NCBI GenBank assembly: GCA_030390025.1
Contig: CM059432.1
Coordinates: forward strand, 151,964,001-152,028,000
DNA: 64,000 nucleotides
Direction of reading: 5' to 3'
Origin: Squalus acanthias
Lineage: Eukaryota
The notes beneath the pieces were generated by a model. That model worked only from the letters and a program-made list of their open reading frames with translations, had not been told where the DNA came from and ran no database searches. The position numbers and the translations under genes are program-made. Positions 12,793 to 26,453 of this stretch are shown piece after piece. Within the stretch, counting starts at the first letter, position 1; every line of letters begins with the position of its first letter.

Positions 12793-14705
12793 GCTATATA
12801 AATACAAGTTGTGGTAGTACAGTTTGCTCAGAAGCTCATTATTTGGTGGTTTACTGTTGTGTAGTTCTGTCTGTTTACATTTTAAAATTTCTGAAAGATC
12901 CTTTAACTATTGACAATTATTTATTTCATGAGTGTAAAAGAAAAGTGTTTAATATAAGTGCTATAACCTAAAAAGCAAACCGTGTTCGTCTGGTCTGTTT
13001 TTGATCACAATTAACAATATGAACAACAACTCTCTCTTGCTCACAAAATAAATCAGGACTACACATGGTTATCACATCTTTTTGCCAAAGCCCTTTATGG
13101 TGACCCAGATTAAGCATTTGATGATAAGTAAAGCGGATGCATTAAACTTTGATATCTAGAACATCAAGGTAGTTGACACATTGTAAACTGTCCTGTTTAG
13201 GCCCTCGTCTACAAATCACTTCACTGCTTCACACCCCTCCCCTCTTATTTCTGTAACCGTCTCCAGCCTTATGCCACCTTTCTATGACATCCAGTCCTCT
13301 GACTGGCCTCTTGTACTTTTTTCTCTCCACACGATCGCAGTGCAATAAATTGTAGTTCTGTCACTGATCTCCCAAGACTATTGTTGTTCTTCTCACACTT
13401 ATACAGAACAGCTTATAGGAATTTGACATGAATCCACAACTGCAGTTCTACCATTAGTTAGAAGAAAAAGAATGGAGTCCACCTTCTCCCAGGTTCATTT
13501 AAGGCCTTCTAGCTATGCAGCACAGTCCAGTGCCTTTTGTAATCTCCATGCAGATTGGACTTTACTACAGCCTGTTGGATCAGACCCCAAGTCATTATAA
13601 AACTACTTAACTCTGAAGATGCCCTCACAGCAGGGGCGGCATTAGGGCCGTGCAATTGCATGGGGCCCTGAGCCAGTCAGGGACCACGAGTGGATCCAGT
13701 CCCTGTAACCAGCCGCCGGTAGCAGCATTGGTCAGTCCAGGCAGGCTGAGCTCTCTCTCTAATGTACTCCATTTCTGCACAACTGGTTTGTACGGATCTT
13801 CCTCCTCATCGGTGAAGATCTACAGCCAGAAATGTACTGTCATGGCCATGATGGGTTTAAACAGTTGTTGCTCCTACTTTGAATTCTGCCTGTGGTGGGG
13901 TGGGTTCAGAACCAACACATATTGCAAAACCGCTTCAAGTAGAAATGGTTCTGCAAAATATATGGGGTATGAATCAGGATGGCTATAATACTGAACAATG
14001 TTTAGGTGGCAGCTCTCCAACTATACATTTATCAACTAAAGCTGATAGGAGCTCAAGTGCTGTCAACAGCAGTGCATCCAAGCTTCTCACTCTTTCTCGT
14101 CTAGTTGAAAGTAATTAATGTGCTTTCCCACTGTTTCCTGACTTTGTGGTATGTTTTAGGTTACAGTGTCACGGTTTTATCATTAGGTGGTGCTGTATTG
14201 ATGGGGTGGAATTGTAGTTGTAATATTTGAGTGCAATTGCATTGGTTTACCACCTGGTAGAGCAGGTTTGGGAGGTATCAAGTCCTCCAAGAATGGTATT
14301 GAGAAACAATGTTTGGAGGTCAATTAATGTCATCCTGTAATCAATTGTGCTAGGCAAGGTAGCCCTTTTGAAGTTTATGTCCCATTCTCCTCTGCCTTAG
14401 CCAAATTGGATGCTAGGAATACTCCTCCTTTGCTCCCAGAGAAAGATGATGTTTTTCTACCTATCAGAATTTTGAATCCCAAAGAGAGGAGAGATGTGAG
14501 TCATGCAGCAAAAATGGCAGAGATGGAGAGATATTAGAAGAGAGAATGTCTGAGACATACAGGGTGCAAAAAATACAGAAACGTGGAGATGTACAGACAG
14601 ATAAGCCAACTGTGTAAGAGAGGCAGATGGAGAAAATGAAAGACCTGCAGACATGAGGATACGAGGAGCAACTTGTACAAAAGGAGAGGGTAAGAAATGG
14701 ATGCC

Positions 14706-14955
14706 AAAGTGCTTTACAGCCAATTAAGTACTTTTTGAAGTGTAGTCACTGTTGTAATGTGGGAAACGCGGCAGCCAATTTGCGCACAGCAAGTTCCCAC
14801 AAACAGCAATGTGATAATGGCCAGATAATCTGTTTTAGTGATGTTGATTGAGGGATAAATATTGGCCAGGACACCGGGGATAACTCCCCTGCTCTTCTTC
14901 AAAATAGTGCCAAGGGATCTTTTACGTCCACCTGAGAGAGCAGACGGGGCCTCAT
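14706..14955 (-). mobile_element. Deu-domain SINE fragment
   Basis: Colinear with 6578-6810. Confidence 0.8.
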
Positions 14956-16909
14956 CTTTTTTTTAGTTTGTTCATGGGATCTGGGCGTGATACCTTTGTG
15001 TAAAGGTGTAAAGGTGATTTGTATGGGGAAATGTTTTTACTGCTTGAGTAGATTGATGTATGCCTTGGACACATTGAGGATAGCTATTTCGAATAGTAAA
15101 TGAACATTTCAGTGGTTTGGCTTCATGAATGCAAAGCAGGACACTTGGTGTGTTGTAAATTTACAGAAATCTAGTTCTGGCCAGACTTATCACAAGGTCA
15201 TAAACGAATTAAAATTATGTCAGCGTATAAAAGTGCTATACCTGTATTTGATGTATGTATGTTGACATATTAGCACCACAAACATCGAATCAGGTAATAC
15301 TGCGTTGACAAAACATTTTGGCCAGCAAATGCAGTTTTTAAAAGGGGACAGCAGCACGAGTAAATGCAATTCCCTGTGTGGTTGGTGTTCCATGGAACTC
15401 CGAAGAGATTGTTCTATGTTTTTACATTTCTGGAAAATGATAGGGGCAGATATTTACACTTGCTCCTTTCTAGAAGAATGTATTCCTGCCTCTGTGATTT
15501 TCATTCTACAATCCTTTGTACCAACCTGATTGGAGAATTAAATGATTGTATAAAGTTAACTTATTTTTAGTATATGCTGAAATATTTTTTAATGTTATTG
15601 TTTTCTTATTACCATTAACTGCATTTTAGCCTTTAGTACTAACAACCTTCTATAAAATGCAAAGACTGCTGTATAAATCAGCACCTGTATAATTAGAAGC
15701 TTAATCTATTGAAAAAGATTTTTATGGTGCAGACTGGTTGCAGGAAGGAGTGGTTTGTGTTACTTGCATTGCTAACCTGTGCTTTTCACATTTTTGCCAT
15801 TTATATAGCAGTGTTGTGGAGCACTAATGCTCAGTGCCACAAAGTGGAAGGATGCAGGTTCAATTTAACCACTCCAATCTGAGTTGCACTGAGCTGATAA
15901 GCAGATACTTCAGCATCCTAGGGGAAGTAAAATTAGACAGGGTTGTCCTGGTTAGGCAGTAGTATGTGCTGGAAAGTCCTTGATCGAGGCATTTTTTCCC
16001 ATTTCATTGTTGAATTTGCCAAATTGTTGGCAACTATTAAGAATATGATATCCCGCATTGCTGCTGTGACCCTGGTTTCAACCTCAACCTTCACGTCAGA
16101 AATGGCTGCTCCAGCTTTCATTCTAATTACAGATCTTCTCCATCATACACACTGGTTCAGTCTGGCATTGCTGATGTACTTAAAGTGCTCAGTGATCTTG
16201 CTGACTGTTATAGTTTGTGATCTTCTGGTTCAGCAGGAAGAGGAGAATGTGTTGCCTTCTTTCACTCGTACATCAACACCTGCTGGGAAGTGTCTTTCTT
16301 GATTAGTCAGTGCCTAAATACCATTTGTTTATGGTGTTGTTGAGGACCAATTGCCGTTCTCTAAATCCATTGGCATTGCCAGATTTCCATCGAGTTTGTT
16401 TGGATGGAGCTGTGTCAATTTTCCTTAGCCCTCATTCTTCAGGCAGAAAGAATCTACTTCCAGCACAGTTACAAATAATGGTCGAGCATTTATGTGATCA
16501 GAAATTGAACAGAGTAGAAAGAAACAAAGAACTTCCATTTATATGGTGGGTTTGAACCTGTATTTTCCTCCTTTGTGAAGCTGAGCATTAGTGTCCCAAT
16601 CCATGGTTGCATGATGCCAGCCTGGAATTGTAGTTTAAAGAGTTTACTATTTTTGGAAGGCAAAAACCATCAGGGTGATAATTTATGATATGACTATTCA
16701 TGTAAAGTTTGCTTTTTTTTAAAAACACCATCTTTAAAATCAGCCACTGGTGCTATCTTTATTCATGCCCGAAACCTGGCTTGTGCTGACCTTCACTAGT
16801 TCAAGCCACTTTAAGTCAGCATCTGGACTAGTCCCATCCTAAATCCTGATTTTCAGGTTTCCTGATGGAACCATGTCCCTGCAACTTGTGTCAAATCTTA
16901 CACAGAGTT

Positions 16910-18025
16910 GCATAAAAATTACAACACAGAAACAGGCCATTCAGCCCAACCAGCCCATGCTAGTGTTTAGAGTCATAGAGTTATACAGCACAGAAAGAGG
17001 CCCTTCGGCCCATCGTGTCCGCGCCGGCCATCAAGCCCTGTCTATTCTAATCCCATTTATGCTCCATGTAAGCAGTAGTCCAATACCGTGTGCCCACCCT
17101 GTTCCCGTAAACCTTTGTTCTGTTCCTTTCAATCACGTTTCTAACCTGTTTTTAAACGTTGACATAGTCTCTTCTTCAATCACTAACTCCAGTAGTGCAT
17201 TCCACAGCCTCAACACTTGGTGTGAAAAAGAAAGTTTCTCCTGTTCTCTGTTCGAGATCTCTTGTATTTAATCTTATATTTATGGCATTGGTGCAAAGGA
17301 ATATAGGAATGTACATGAACAGGAAAAAACATTTCCATCCATCTGCTCAGCCCCAGAGTTCAAAAACAATGTCGAGTTCACGACCAATTGTTGATTTTCT
17401 CGCCAAATGTCTATCCAACTCCCTCTTAAAATTGCTGATGTTATCAGCTTCAATCACCTCCCTGGGCAATCCATTGTCAGGTCCACCACCCTCTGTGTGG
17501 CTTTGTTGTATCTGATCTGTCCATTCAACTTCCCTCCTTTGAGCTTCATCGCATGCCCCCTGGTTGTCATTCTTGGAGCCACAGTAAATTATTTCTCAGG
17601 TTCAACTTGTCGATGCGCTTAAAGTTCTTGAATACTTCAATAAAATCCCATCAGTCTTTTCTTCCCTGGTGCAAATAAACTCAGCTTCTGTAGTCTTCTT
17701 GTAGCTCAGGTATCTGATGACATGTGCCAGACAAGTAGCCCTCAGCTGTCCTTTTTCCAGTACCATGATGTCTTTCCTGTAATATGGCGACCAAAACTGT
17801 ATGCAGTACTCCAGATGGGGATGAACCAATCCCCTGTGTATCACATCCTGTGATTTGTGTTCAATTTCATGTGGTGTCCAACCCAAGATCCCATTTGCTT
17901 TATTTACTGCTACTGCCCACTGTCCTCAAATATCCCAAATCCCTTTCGTGTGCTGCATTCGGTGGACAAACACCATTTAGGTTATAGCTTTCCTTCCCTA
18001 GTCTCATCACTTTACACTTGTCAAT
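16910..18025 (-). mobile_element. Cluster of degraded CR1 3' fragments (incl. 16971-17058, near-identical to 636-722)
   Basis: ORF 17602..17886 HLEYCIQFWSP; repeated CR1 3'-UTR motifs. Confidence 0.75.
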
Positions 18026-18168
18026 CTATCTGATGAGCCTGATCCCAATTGTTGACTAATTTCCAGAACAATTTGGTGGCTCTGTCATGTTTGGAAATGA
18101 GAAATCTGATGGTCAAACATTTTTCATAACTTTCAGTTAAGTCTTTAAGAGAATTAACTGATCTTTGA

Positions 18169-18456
18169 ACTACTTGAAATTGAGAAGTCGCACAACACCA
18201 GGTTATAGTCCAACAGCTTTATTTAAAATTACGAGCTTTCGGAGCTCCGCTCCTTCTTCAGGTAAAGGTACAGTGACTGTACTCACCTGATTGGAGTACT
18301 CACTGTACCTGTACCTGAAGAAGGAGCGGAGCTCCGAAAGCTCGTAATTTTAAATAAAGCTGTTGGACTATAACCTGGTGTTGTGCGACTTCTCATTTTT
18401 GTCCACCCCAGTCCAACACCGGCATCTCCGCATCATGACCACTACTTGAAATTGAG
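18169..18456. mobile_element. Penelope-like mini-element (family B): ~85 bp perfect inverted repeat plus tail, 16-bp TSD
   Basis: TSD ACTACTTGAAATTGAG at 18169-18184 and 18441-18456; hammerhead cores in both arms. Confidence 0.8.
18312..18346 (+). ncRNA. Minimal type I hammerhead ribozyme motif (mirror copy on - strand at 18230-18264)
   Basis: TAC-CTGAAGA-A-GGAGC(GGA)GCTCC-GAAAG-CTC-GTA: stem I TAC/GTA, palindromic AGCT stem III, CUC triplet. Confidence 0.7.
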
Positions 18457-18734
18457 CAGCTGTATGTTGTTGGAGTGATTTTTATATTCAATTGCACTTT
18501 CTGGAAAGGAAAATATGCTCCATTACATATGTTTTGAAACAAGAGTTTTTGTTCTCTTCTGACTGCTATTACAAATGGTTTCAGATTGTTTTCTAAATAT
18601 TCTTTTGGGAAATCTTTGGCCATTTCTTACTTTTTGTTTGAACAAATTGTTCTGAAGTTTTTCTGTTCTCAAAATATCAATTTTTGTTAATTATTTATTT
18701 TAGGCATTAATAGTTATTTAACTTCTGTAAACAG

Positions 18735-18928
18735 ATACTTCTTTGGACCAGTCTGATTTGGTTGCAGAGCTGCTAAAGGAACTTTCCAATCACAATGAGA
18801 GAATAGAAGAACGTAAAGCAGCAATGTATGAACTCCTTAAATCAATTCAAGAAGAGTCATTGGGAGTATGGGATGAACATTTCAAAACTGTTTTGCTGCT
18901 GCTTCTCGAGACACTTGGAGACAGAGAG
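18735..18928 (+). CDS. CLASP2: CLASP2 coding exon (SLDQSDLVAELLKELSNHNERIEERK...VWDEHFKTVLLLLLETLGDRE), start of C-terminal CLIP-interacting domain
   Basis: CAG acceptor, GTTAGT donor; ORF 18743..18937; conserved CLASP peptide. Confidence 0.95.
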
Positions 18929-19482
18929 GTTAGTTAAATTATTTTTTATTTGAATTGGCCATTTCAGTGTGTCTCTGTGTATACTGTGTCTGTATCTATG
19001 TATATGCTGTGTGTGTATATTGCTCCCATTTCCCCAGATTATACTGCTGGCCTAGAGGATAAACAGCAAGTCCCAGCATCCTGTAGGATTGAACTTGGTC
19101 ATTGAGGTGTGCAGAGCTGCCTCCTTTTATGCTCCCATCTCATTTCCGTCTCTGTGGGGAAAACACCTGGCTTCTACTTGAGATCAGGAGCTCACCTTAT
19201 AGGGAATCATGGGCCTAAATCCACAGCCTACTCTGTGGAATGGTAGTTTAATTCCCAATTTGCTCCAAAATGCATTTGTTTCTTTGTTTGTTTCTCTCGA
19301 GCTTCTTTGTACACAGGCTTTTCATTTACCATTTAGCTTAATTGTTTTCAGAATATGTTTACTTTCCTCTTCTATTAGCAAATGTATGGTTCCCTTGGGC
19401 ATCACAATCTATTTAACTGAAAAACCGACTGCAGCTGCTGTTCTGTTATTATTGGTGCTAGTGCATGTAGTTATATTCCTTT

Positions 19483-21870
19483 CCTTTTTTTTTATTCGTT
19501 TATGGGATCTGGGCGTCGCTGGCAAGTCCAGCATTTATTGCCCATCCCTAGTTGCCCTTGAGAAGGTGGTGGTGAGCCGCCTTCTTGAACCGCTGCAGTC
19601 CGTGTGGTGATGGTACTCCCACAATGCTGTTAGGGAGGGAGTTCCAGGATTTTGACCCAGCGACAATGAAGGATCGCCGATATATTTCTGAGTCAGGATG
19701 GTGTGTGACTTGGAGGGGAACTTGGAGATGGTGGTGTTCCCATGCGCCTACTGCTCTTGTCCTTTTAGGTAGAAGAGGTCGCGGGTTTGGGAGGTGCTGC
19801 CGAAGAAGCCTTGCCGAGTTGCTGCAGTGCATCTTGTAGATGGTACACACTGCAGCCACGGTACGCCGGTGGTGGAGGGAGTGAATGTTTAAGGTGGTGG
19901 ATGAGGTGCCAATCAAGCGGGCTGCTTTGTCCTGGATGGTGTTGAGCTTCTTGAGTGTTGTTGGAGCTGCACTCATCCAGGCAAGTGGAGAGTATTCCAT
20001 CACACTCCTTACTTGTGCCTTGTAGATGGTGGAAAGGCTTTGGGGAGTCAGGAGGTGAGACACTCGCCGCAGAATACCTAGCCTCTGACCTGCTCTTGTT
20101 GCCACAGTATTTATGTGGCTGGTCCAGTTAAGTTTCTGGTTAGTGGTGACCCCCAGGATGTTGATAGTGGGGGATTTTGCGATGGTAATGCCATTGAATG
20201 TCAAGGGGAGGTGGTTAGACTCTTGCTTGTTGGAGATAGTCATTGCCTGACACTTCTGCGGCGCGAATGTTACCTGCCACTTATCAGCCCAAGCCTGAAC
20301 GTCGTCCAGGTCTCGTTGCATGCAGGCATGGACTGCTTCATTATCTGTGGAGTTGTGAATGGTGCTGAACACTGTGCAGTCATCAGCGAACATCCCCATT
20401 TCTGCCCTTATGTTGGAGGGAAGGTCATTGATGAAGCAGCTGAAGATGGTTGGGCCTAGGACACTGCCCTGAGGAACTCCTGCAGCGATGTCCTGGGGCT
20501 GTGATGATTGACCTTCAACCACCACAACCATCTTCCTTTGTGCTAGGTGTGACTCCAGCTAGTGGAGCGTTTTCCCCCCCAATTCCCATTGACTTCAGTT
20601 TTACTAGGGTTCCTTGATGCCAGACTCGGTCAAATGCTGCCTTGATGTCAAGGGCAGTCATTCTCACCTCACCTCTGGAATTCAGCTCCTTTGTCCATGT
20701 TTGGACCGAGGCTGTAATGAGGTCGGCAGCTGAGTGGTCTTGGCGGAACCCAAACTGGGCATCAGTGAGCAGGTTATTGGTGAGTAAGTGCCACTTGATA
20801 GCACTGTCGATGACACCTTCCATCACTTTGCTGATGATTGAGAGTAGACTGATGGGGCGGTAATTGGCCGGGTTGGATTTGTCCTGCTTTTTGTGGACAG
20901 GACATACCTGGGCAGTTTTCCACATTGTCGGATAGATGCCAGTGTTGTAGCTGTACTGGAACAGCTTGGCTAGAGGCGCGGCTAGTTCTGGAGCACAAGT
21001 CTTCAGCACGATAGCTGGGATATTGTTGGGGCCTGTAGCCTTTGCTGTATCCAGTGCGCTCAGCCGTTTCTTGGTATCACGTGGAGTGAATCGAATTGGC
21101 TGAAGACTGGCTTCTGTGATGGTGGAGACCTCGGGAGTAGACCGATATGGATCATCCACTCGGCACTTCTGGCTGAAGATGGTTGCAAACGCTTCAGCCT
21201 TGTCTTTTGCACTCACGTGCTGGGCTGCACCATCATTGAGGATGGGGATATTCATGGAGCCGCCTCCTCCCGTTAGTTGTTTAATGGTCCACCACCATTC
21301 ACGACTGGATGTGGCAGGACTGCAGAGCTTTGATCTGATCCATTGATTGTGGGATCACTTAGACCTGTCTATAGCATGCTGCTTCCGCCTTTTAGCATGC
21401 ATGTAGTCAGGTAGATTGGTGAGGACGAGGTCAAGTAGGTTTTTCCCTCGTGTTGTTTCACTCACCACCTGTCGCAGGCCCAGACTGGCAGTTATGTCCT
21501 TCAGGCCTCGGCCAGCTCGGTCAGTAGTGGTGCTACCGAGCCACTCTTGGTGATGGAAATTGAAGTCCCCCACCCAGAGTACATTCTGTGCCCTTGCTAC
21601 TCTCAGTGCTTCTTCCAAGTGGTGTTCAACATGGAGGTGTACTGATTCATCAGCTGAGGGAGGGCGGTAGGTGGTAATCAGCAGGAGGTTTCCTTGCCTA
21701 TGCTTGACCTGAAGCCATGAGACTTCATGGGGTCCGGACTCAATGTTGAGGACTCCCAGGGCCACTCCTTCCCGACTGTATACCACTGTGCCACCACCCC
21801 TGGTGGGTCTGTCCTGCCGGTGGGACAGGACATACCCTGGGATGGTGATGGAGGAGTTTAGGACATTCAT
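19483..21870 (-). mobile_element. Non-LTR LINE of the CR1/L2 group (distinct family), EN + RT with internal deletion near 21405
   Basis: ORFs 21355..21870 (YRPP, GDFN), 20515..21255 (NYRPISLL, QFGFR), 19548..20531 ([14 protein letters not shown]); AATAAA + poly(A) tail. Confidence 0.9.
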
Positions 21871-22534
21871 GACTTTCTAGAGATCAGGCCTAGTTAGGTG
21901 ATTGTTTGAACAGCAGTTGAGAAAGGGCAAGAACAAAGATTGTGGGGGTGGGGCAAAAGAACAAAAAATGAACCCAGATTCAAATGGAAAGCAGTGAAAA
22001 AAGGCAGAAAAACAGTCTTAGGGGAGCGGGAGAGAGCACGGAGTAGAGCCACCATTTCCGAATATGTTTCTTTCCTATGAAAGTGAAGTCTCTTAACCCT
22101 ATCTCCCCTCCTGCACTCACGGGTTCTCTGACCCTGGCCTTTTGTGCATTTCCCCCACCACCACCCTACCTTCAGTGGCATCGTCTTCAGCCACCTCAGC
22201 CCTACTCTCTGGAATTCCCTCTCTAAACCCATGCATCTGGCACTTGTCCTTTAAAACCTTTCTCAAAACACACCTTATTGATCAAACTTTCAGTCACTAA
22301 ATTGGAACCACTGCATATGCAGTCTGAGTTTGAGGAATGTGAACTTGCTGTGCCAGTACTTTGATGGGTATAGATAGAGGATGTAGGGAAATGCATTTAA
22401 CTTCGAGTTTTTCCTTCTTGGGATTAGTGCAGCATGTAATATACCACTACTAAACACTGCCTCCAGATCCGAGCAGCACTTTTCAAATTGAAATGTAGAC
22501 CAATCCCACCCTCAGTGGCCAGAATGCCCCACAG

Positions 22535-24563
22535 GCATAGGAACAGGAGTAGGCCATTTAGCCCCTCGAGCCTGTTCCGCCATTCCATGAGATCATGGCT
22601 GATCTGCAACCTAACTCCATGTACCAGCCTTTGCTCTATTTCACTTAATACCTTTAGTTAACAAAAATCTATCAATCTCAGATTTAAAATTAACAATTGA
22701 TCTTGCATCAATTGCCGTTTGAGGAAGAGAATTCCAAACTTCTACCACCCTTTGGGTGTGGAAGTGTTTCCTAATTTCACTCCTGAAAGGTCTGGCTCTA
22801 ATTTTTAGACTATGCCCTCTAGTCCTAGACTCCCCAACCAGCGGAAATAGTTTCTCTCTATCTACCCTATCTGTTCCCCTTAATATCTTGAAAACTTCAA
22901 TTAAATCACCTATTAACCTTCTAAATTCCAGGGAATCTCTCCTCGTAATTTAACCCCGGAGTTCGGCTAAACCTATGCTGCACTCCCTCCAAGGCCAATA
23001 TATCCTTCCTACGGTGTGGTGCCCAGAACTGCTCACAGTGCTCCAGGTGTGGTCTAACCAGGGCTTTGTATAGCTGTAGCATAACTTCTATTCTATTCCT
23101 CTAGATCTTTGTATTCTAGTCCTCTAGATATAAAGGCCAACATTCCATTAGCCTTTTCGATTATTTTCTGTACCTGTTCATGACATTTTAATAATCTATG
23201 TATCTGGACCCCCAAGTCTCTTTGGACCTCCACTGTTTTTAGCTTTTCACCATTTAGAAAGTACCCTGTTCTATCCTTTTTTGGTCCAAAGTGGATGACC
23301 TCACATTTGGCTACATTGAAATCCATTTGCCACAATTTTGCCCATTCGCTTAATCTATCAATATCTCTTGTAATTTTATGCTTTCATCCACACTGCCTAC
23401 AATGCCGCCTATCTTTGTGTCATCGGCAAATTTGGATATGTGGCTTTCTATCTCATCTAAGTCATTAATAAATACGGTAAATAGTTGAGGCCCCAACACA
23501 GATCCCTGCGGGACACCACTAGTCACATCCTGCCAATTAGATTATCCCTACTCTCTGTCTCCTGCCACTCAGCCAATTTCCTAACCAGGTCAATAATTTG
23601 CCTTCAATTCCATGGGCTTCAACCTTAGTTAACAGTCTCTTAAGAGGGACTTTATCAAATGCCTTCTGGAAGTCCATATAAATAACATCCACAGACATTC
23701 CCCGTCCACTACTTTCGTCACCTCTTCAAAAAATTCAATCAGGTTCGTCAGGCATGACCTACCCTTTACATATCCACGCTGGCTCTCTCTGATCAGCTAA
23801 ATATTTTCCAAGGTGTTCAGTCACTCGATCCTTAATTATAGACTCTAGTAATTTCCCGACAACAGATGTTAGGCTAATTGGTCGATAATTCCCCAGTTTC
23901 CCCCTCTCACTATTCTTAAATAGCAGAGTGACATGCTCAATTTTCCAATCTAAAGGAACGGTTCCTGAATCGAGAGAACTCTGGAAGATTATAGTTAGGG
24001 CATCTGCAATGTGCTCACCTGCTTCATTTAAACCCAGGGATGGAAACCACCTGGTCCTGTGGATTTGTCACTCTTTAATGCCATTATTTTCTACATTACT
24101 GTTATTTTGCTTGCGTTAATTTTGTTGAGTCCCTGTCCCGATTCAGTATTAGTTTCCTTGGGATTTCCGGCATGCTATCCACTTCCTGTACTGTAAATAT
24201 TGACCCAATGTAATTATTCAACATGTCTGCCATTTTCTTATTATCATTGACAATATCAGCACTTTCATTTTTTAAGGGGCCAACATTGCTCCTGACCACC
24301 CTCTTTTTCCTCATATAATTGTTTTAAAAAATTGTGTTGATGTTGATATCCCTTGCAAGTTTCTTTTCATACTCCCTTTTGTAGCTCCTATTATCTGTCT
24401 TGTCACTCTTTGCTGTTCTTTGTATCTTTCCCATTTGCCAGAATCTGTGTTATTTTTTGCATTTTTGTATTTTTTTTTAGTTTTATGTTGTCTCTCACCT
24501 CTTTAGTCGTCCATGGCTGGGGTTTTTTGGCAAGTAGAGCTCTTGCCCCTCAAGGGTATAAAC
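22535..24563 (-). mobile_element. Degraded CR1 LINE (ORF2 RT to 3' UTR)
   Basis: ORFs 23093..23335 and 24102..24314; CR1 3' UTR at 22535-22700. Confidence 0.9.
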
Positions 24564-25130
24564 TCTGCCCTCCTTCCCCATTTACCTTCCTGCAGAGGCA
24601 CAGCCAGAAATCTCTTTCACCCCTTCAAGCCCAATGCCACACAGGCAACGCAGAACTTTGCCAGCATATTGTGCATAACATAATGAATGGCATTGAGTGG
24701 AATTGAATTACCACGGAGATTTTGAGAGGCATCTGAGATTAATTATAGGTTGATTCCTTTCAATCATAGGGGAAAAAAATCAAAGCTGAGAAAAGGCCAT
24801 TCAACCCATCAAGCTGATCCCTCAGTACTTCACCTCAGTCTAGCATTCAAATGCATCTTGAACTCCTCTTAGGTTTTATGATTTCACTATCTTCCTTGGT
24901 AGATTATCACTCTTTGGAGTAAAGATTATTTTTTTAATCTGCTTTGAAATGTAATTTTCACTTATTCACATTCTGTCACCACAGTTCCATTTGGGCACTC
25001 AACCAGTTAATATTGGGTTTAGTTAAAGTGGCTCATTATTAGCTGTACAATTACTTTAATAACCTCATCATATAAGATGCCAATGTCTTCTTTTACATGC
25101 AGTGTGAGTCAGTAGTAGTCATTAGCAAGA

Positions 25131-26184
25131 AAAGAAAGAGCTTACATTTATACAGCACCTTTCATATTCTCAGAATGCCCTAAATTGCTTGATATTCAAT
25201 GAATATGACTTTATAAATTGAGGCATAGAGTGAAAAGTCAAGGATTTATGCTAAACCTTTATAAATCACAGGTTAGGCCTCAGCTGGTGTATTGTGACCT
25301 ATTCTGAGCACTGCACTTTAGGAAGGATGCCAAGGCCTGGGAGAGGGTGCAGAGGAGATTTACCAGAATGGTACCAAGGATGAGTGACTTCAGTTATGTG
25401 GAGAGACTGGAGAAGCTGGGATTGTTCTCCTCAGAGCAGAGAAGGTTGAGTGGAGAGTTAATAGAGGTGTTCAAAATTAAGAGGGATTTTAATAGAGTAA
25501 ATAAGGACAAACAGTTTCCACTAGCAGGAGGATTAGTAACCAGAGGACACAGATTCAAGGTAACTGGCAAAAGAACCAGAGGGGAGATGAGAATTATTTT
25601 TACACAGCGAGTTATGATCTGAAATGCACTGTTTGAAAGGGTGGTGGAAGCAGGTTCAACAATAACTTTCATAAGGGAATTGGATATATACTTGAAAAGG
25701 AAATATTTTCATGGCTATGGGGAAAGAGCAGGGGAGTGGGACTAATTAGATAGCTCTTGAAAGGAGCCAGCACAGTGGGCTGAATGGCCTGCTTCTGTGC
25801 TGTATGATTCGAAGTACTTTTGACGTGTAGTGACTGTTATGTAGGCAAACCCAGCAGTCAATTTGTGTACTGGCCTCAGAAGCAGCAATGGGATAAATGA
25901 CCAGTTAATCTGTTTTGATGGTATTGAGGGATAAATGTTAGCCAGGAGACTGGGAGACCTCCTTCGAAAAGTGCCGTAGGATCTTTTATATCCACCTGAA
26001 CAGGTATATGGGGCCTCGGTTTCATGTCTCGTCTGAAAGTCGACACCTCTGACAATGCAGTACTCTCTCAGTATAGGACTTTAAGTGTCAGCTTATATTG
26101 TGTACTTCAATCTTGGGAGTGGGGCTTTAACCCACAACTTTCTGACTCAAAGGGGAGAGTATTACCATTAAGCCAAGCTGACAC
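25131..26184 (-). mobile_element. Deu-domain SINE split by a + strand CR1 3' fragment (~25212-25811)
   Basis: SINE tail 25131-25210, body/head 25812-26184; inserted ORF 25347..25622 QRRFTRMVP...TRGH. Confidence 0.8.
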
Positions 26185-26307
26185 TCATGTTGCAATGTCC
26201 AGAAAATGTGGTGAAACAATTAAAAAAGCTAACAGAAGGCTAGCACAATAGAATACAAGTCTACGCTAGTTGTGTGAAGTGCTTAAAGTGCACTGGCAAA
26301 CCACATT

Positions 26308-26453
26308 TAGAATATAGTGAAATAACAACAGAAAACGCTGGAAAAACTCAGCAGGCCAGGCAGCATCCGTGAAGAGAGAAAGAGAGTTAACGTTTCAGGT
26401 CGATGACCTTTCGTCAGAACTGTGAAGAGCCGGAAATCAAATAGAATATAGTG
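26308..26453 (-). mobile_element. Penelope-like mini-element (family A), 12-bp TSD, hammerhead at 26385-26421, inside an old CR1 fragment
   Basis: TSD TAGAATATAGTG at 26308-26319 and 26442-26453; homologous to 45706-45806; - strand AGTT-CTGACGA-A-AGGTC(ATC)GACCT-GAAAC-GTT-AACT. Confidence 0.8.

Noticed and set aside
13631..13672. hAT MITE terminus (CAGGGGCGGC...GGGCCCTG)
   Set aside because: No matching second TIR or 8-bp TSD found
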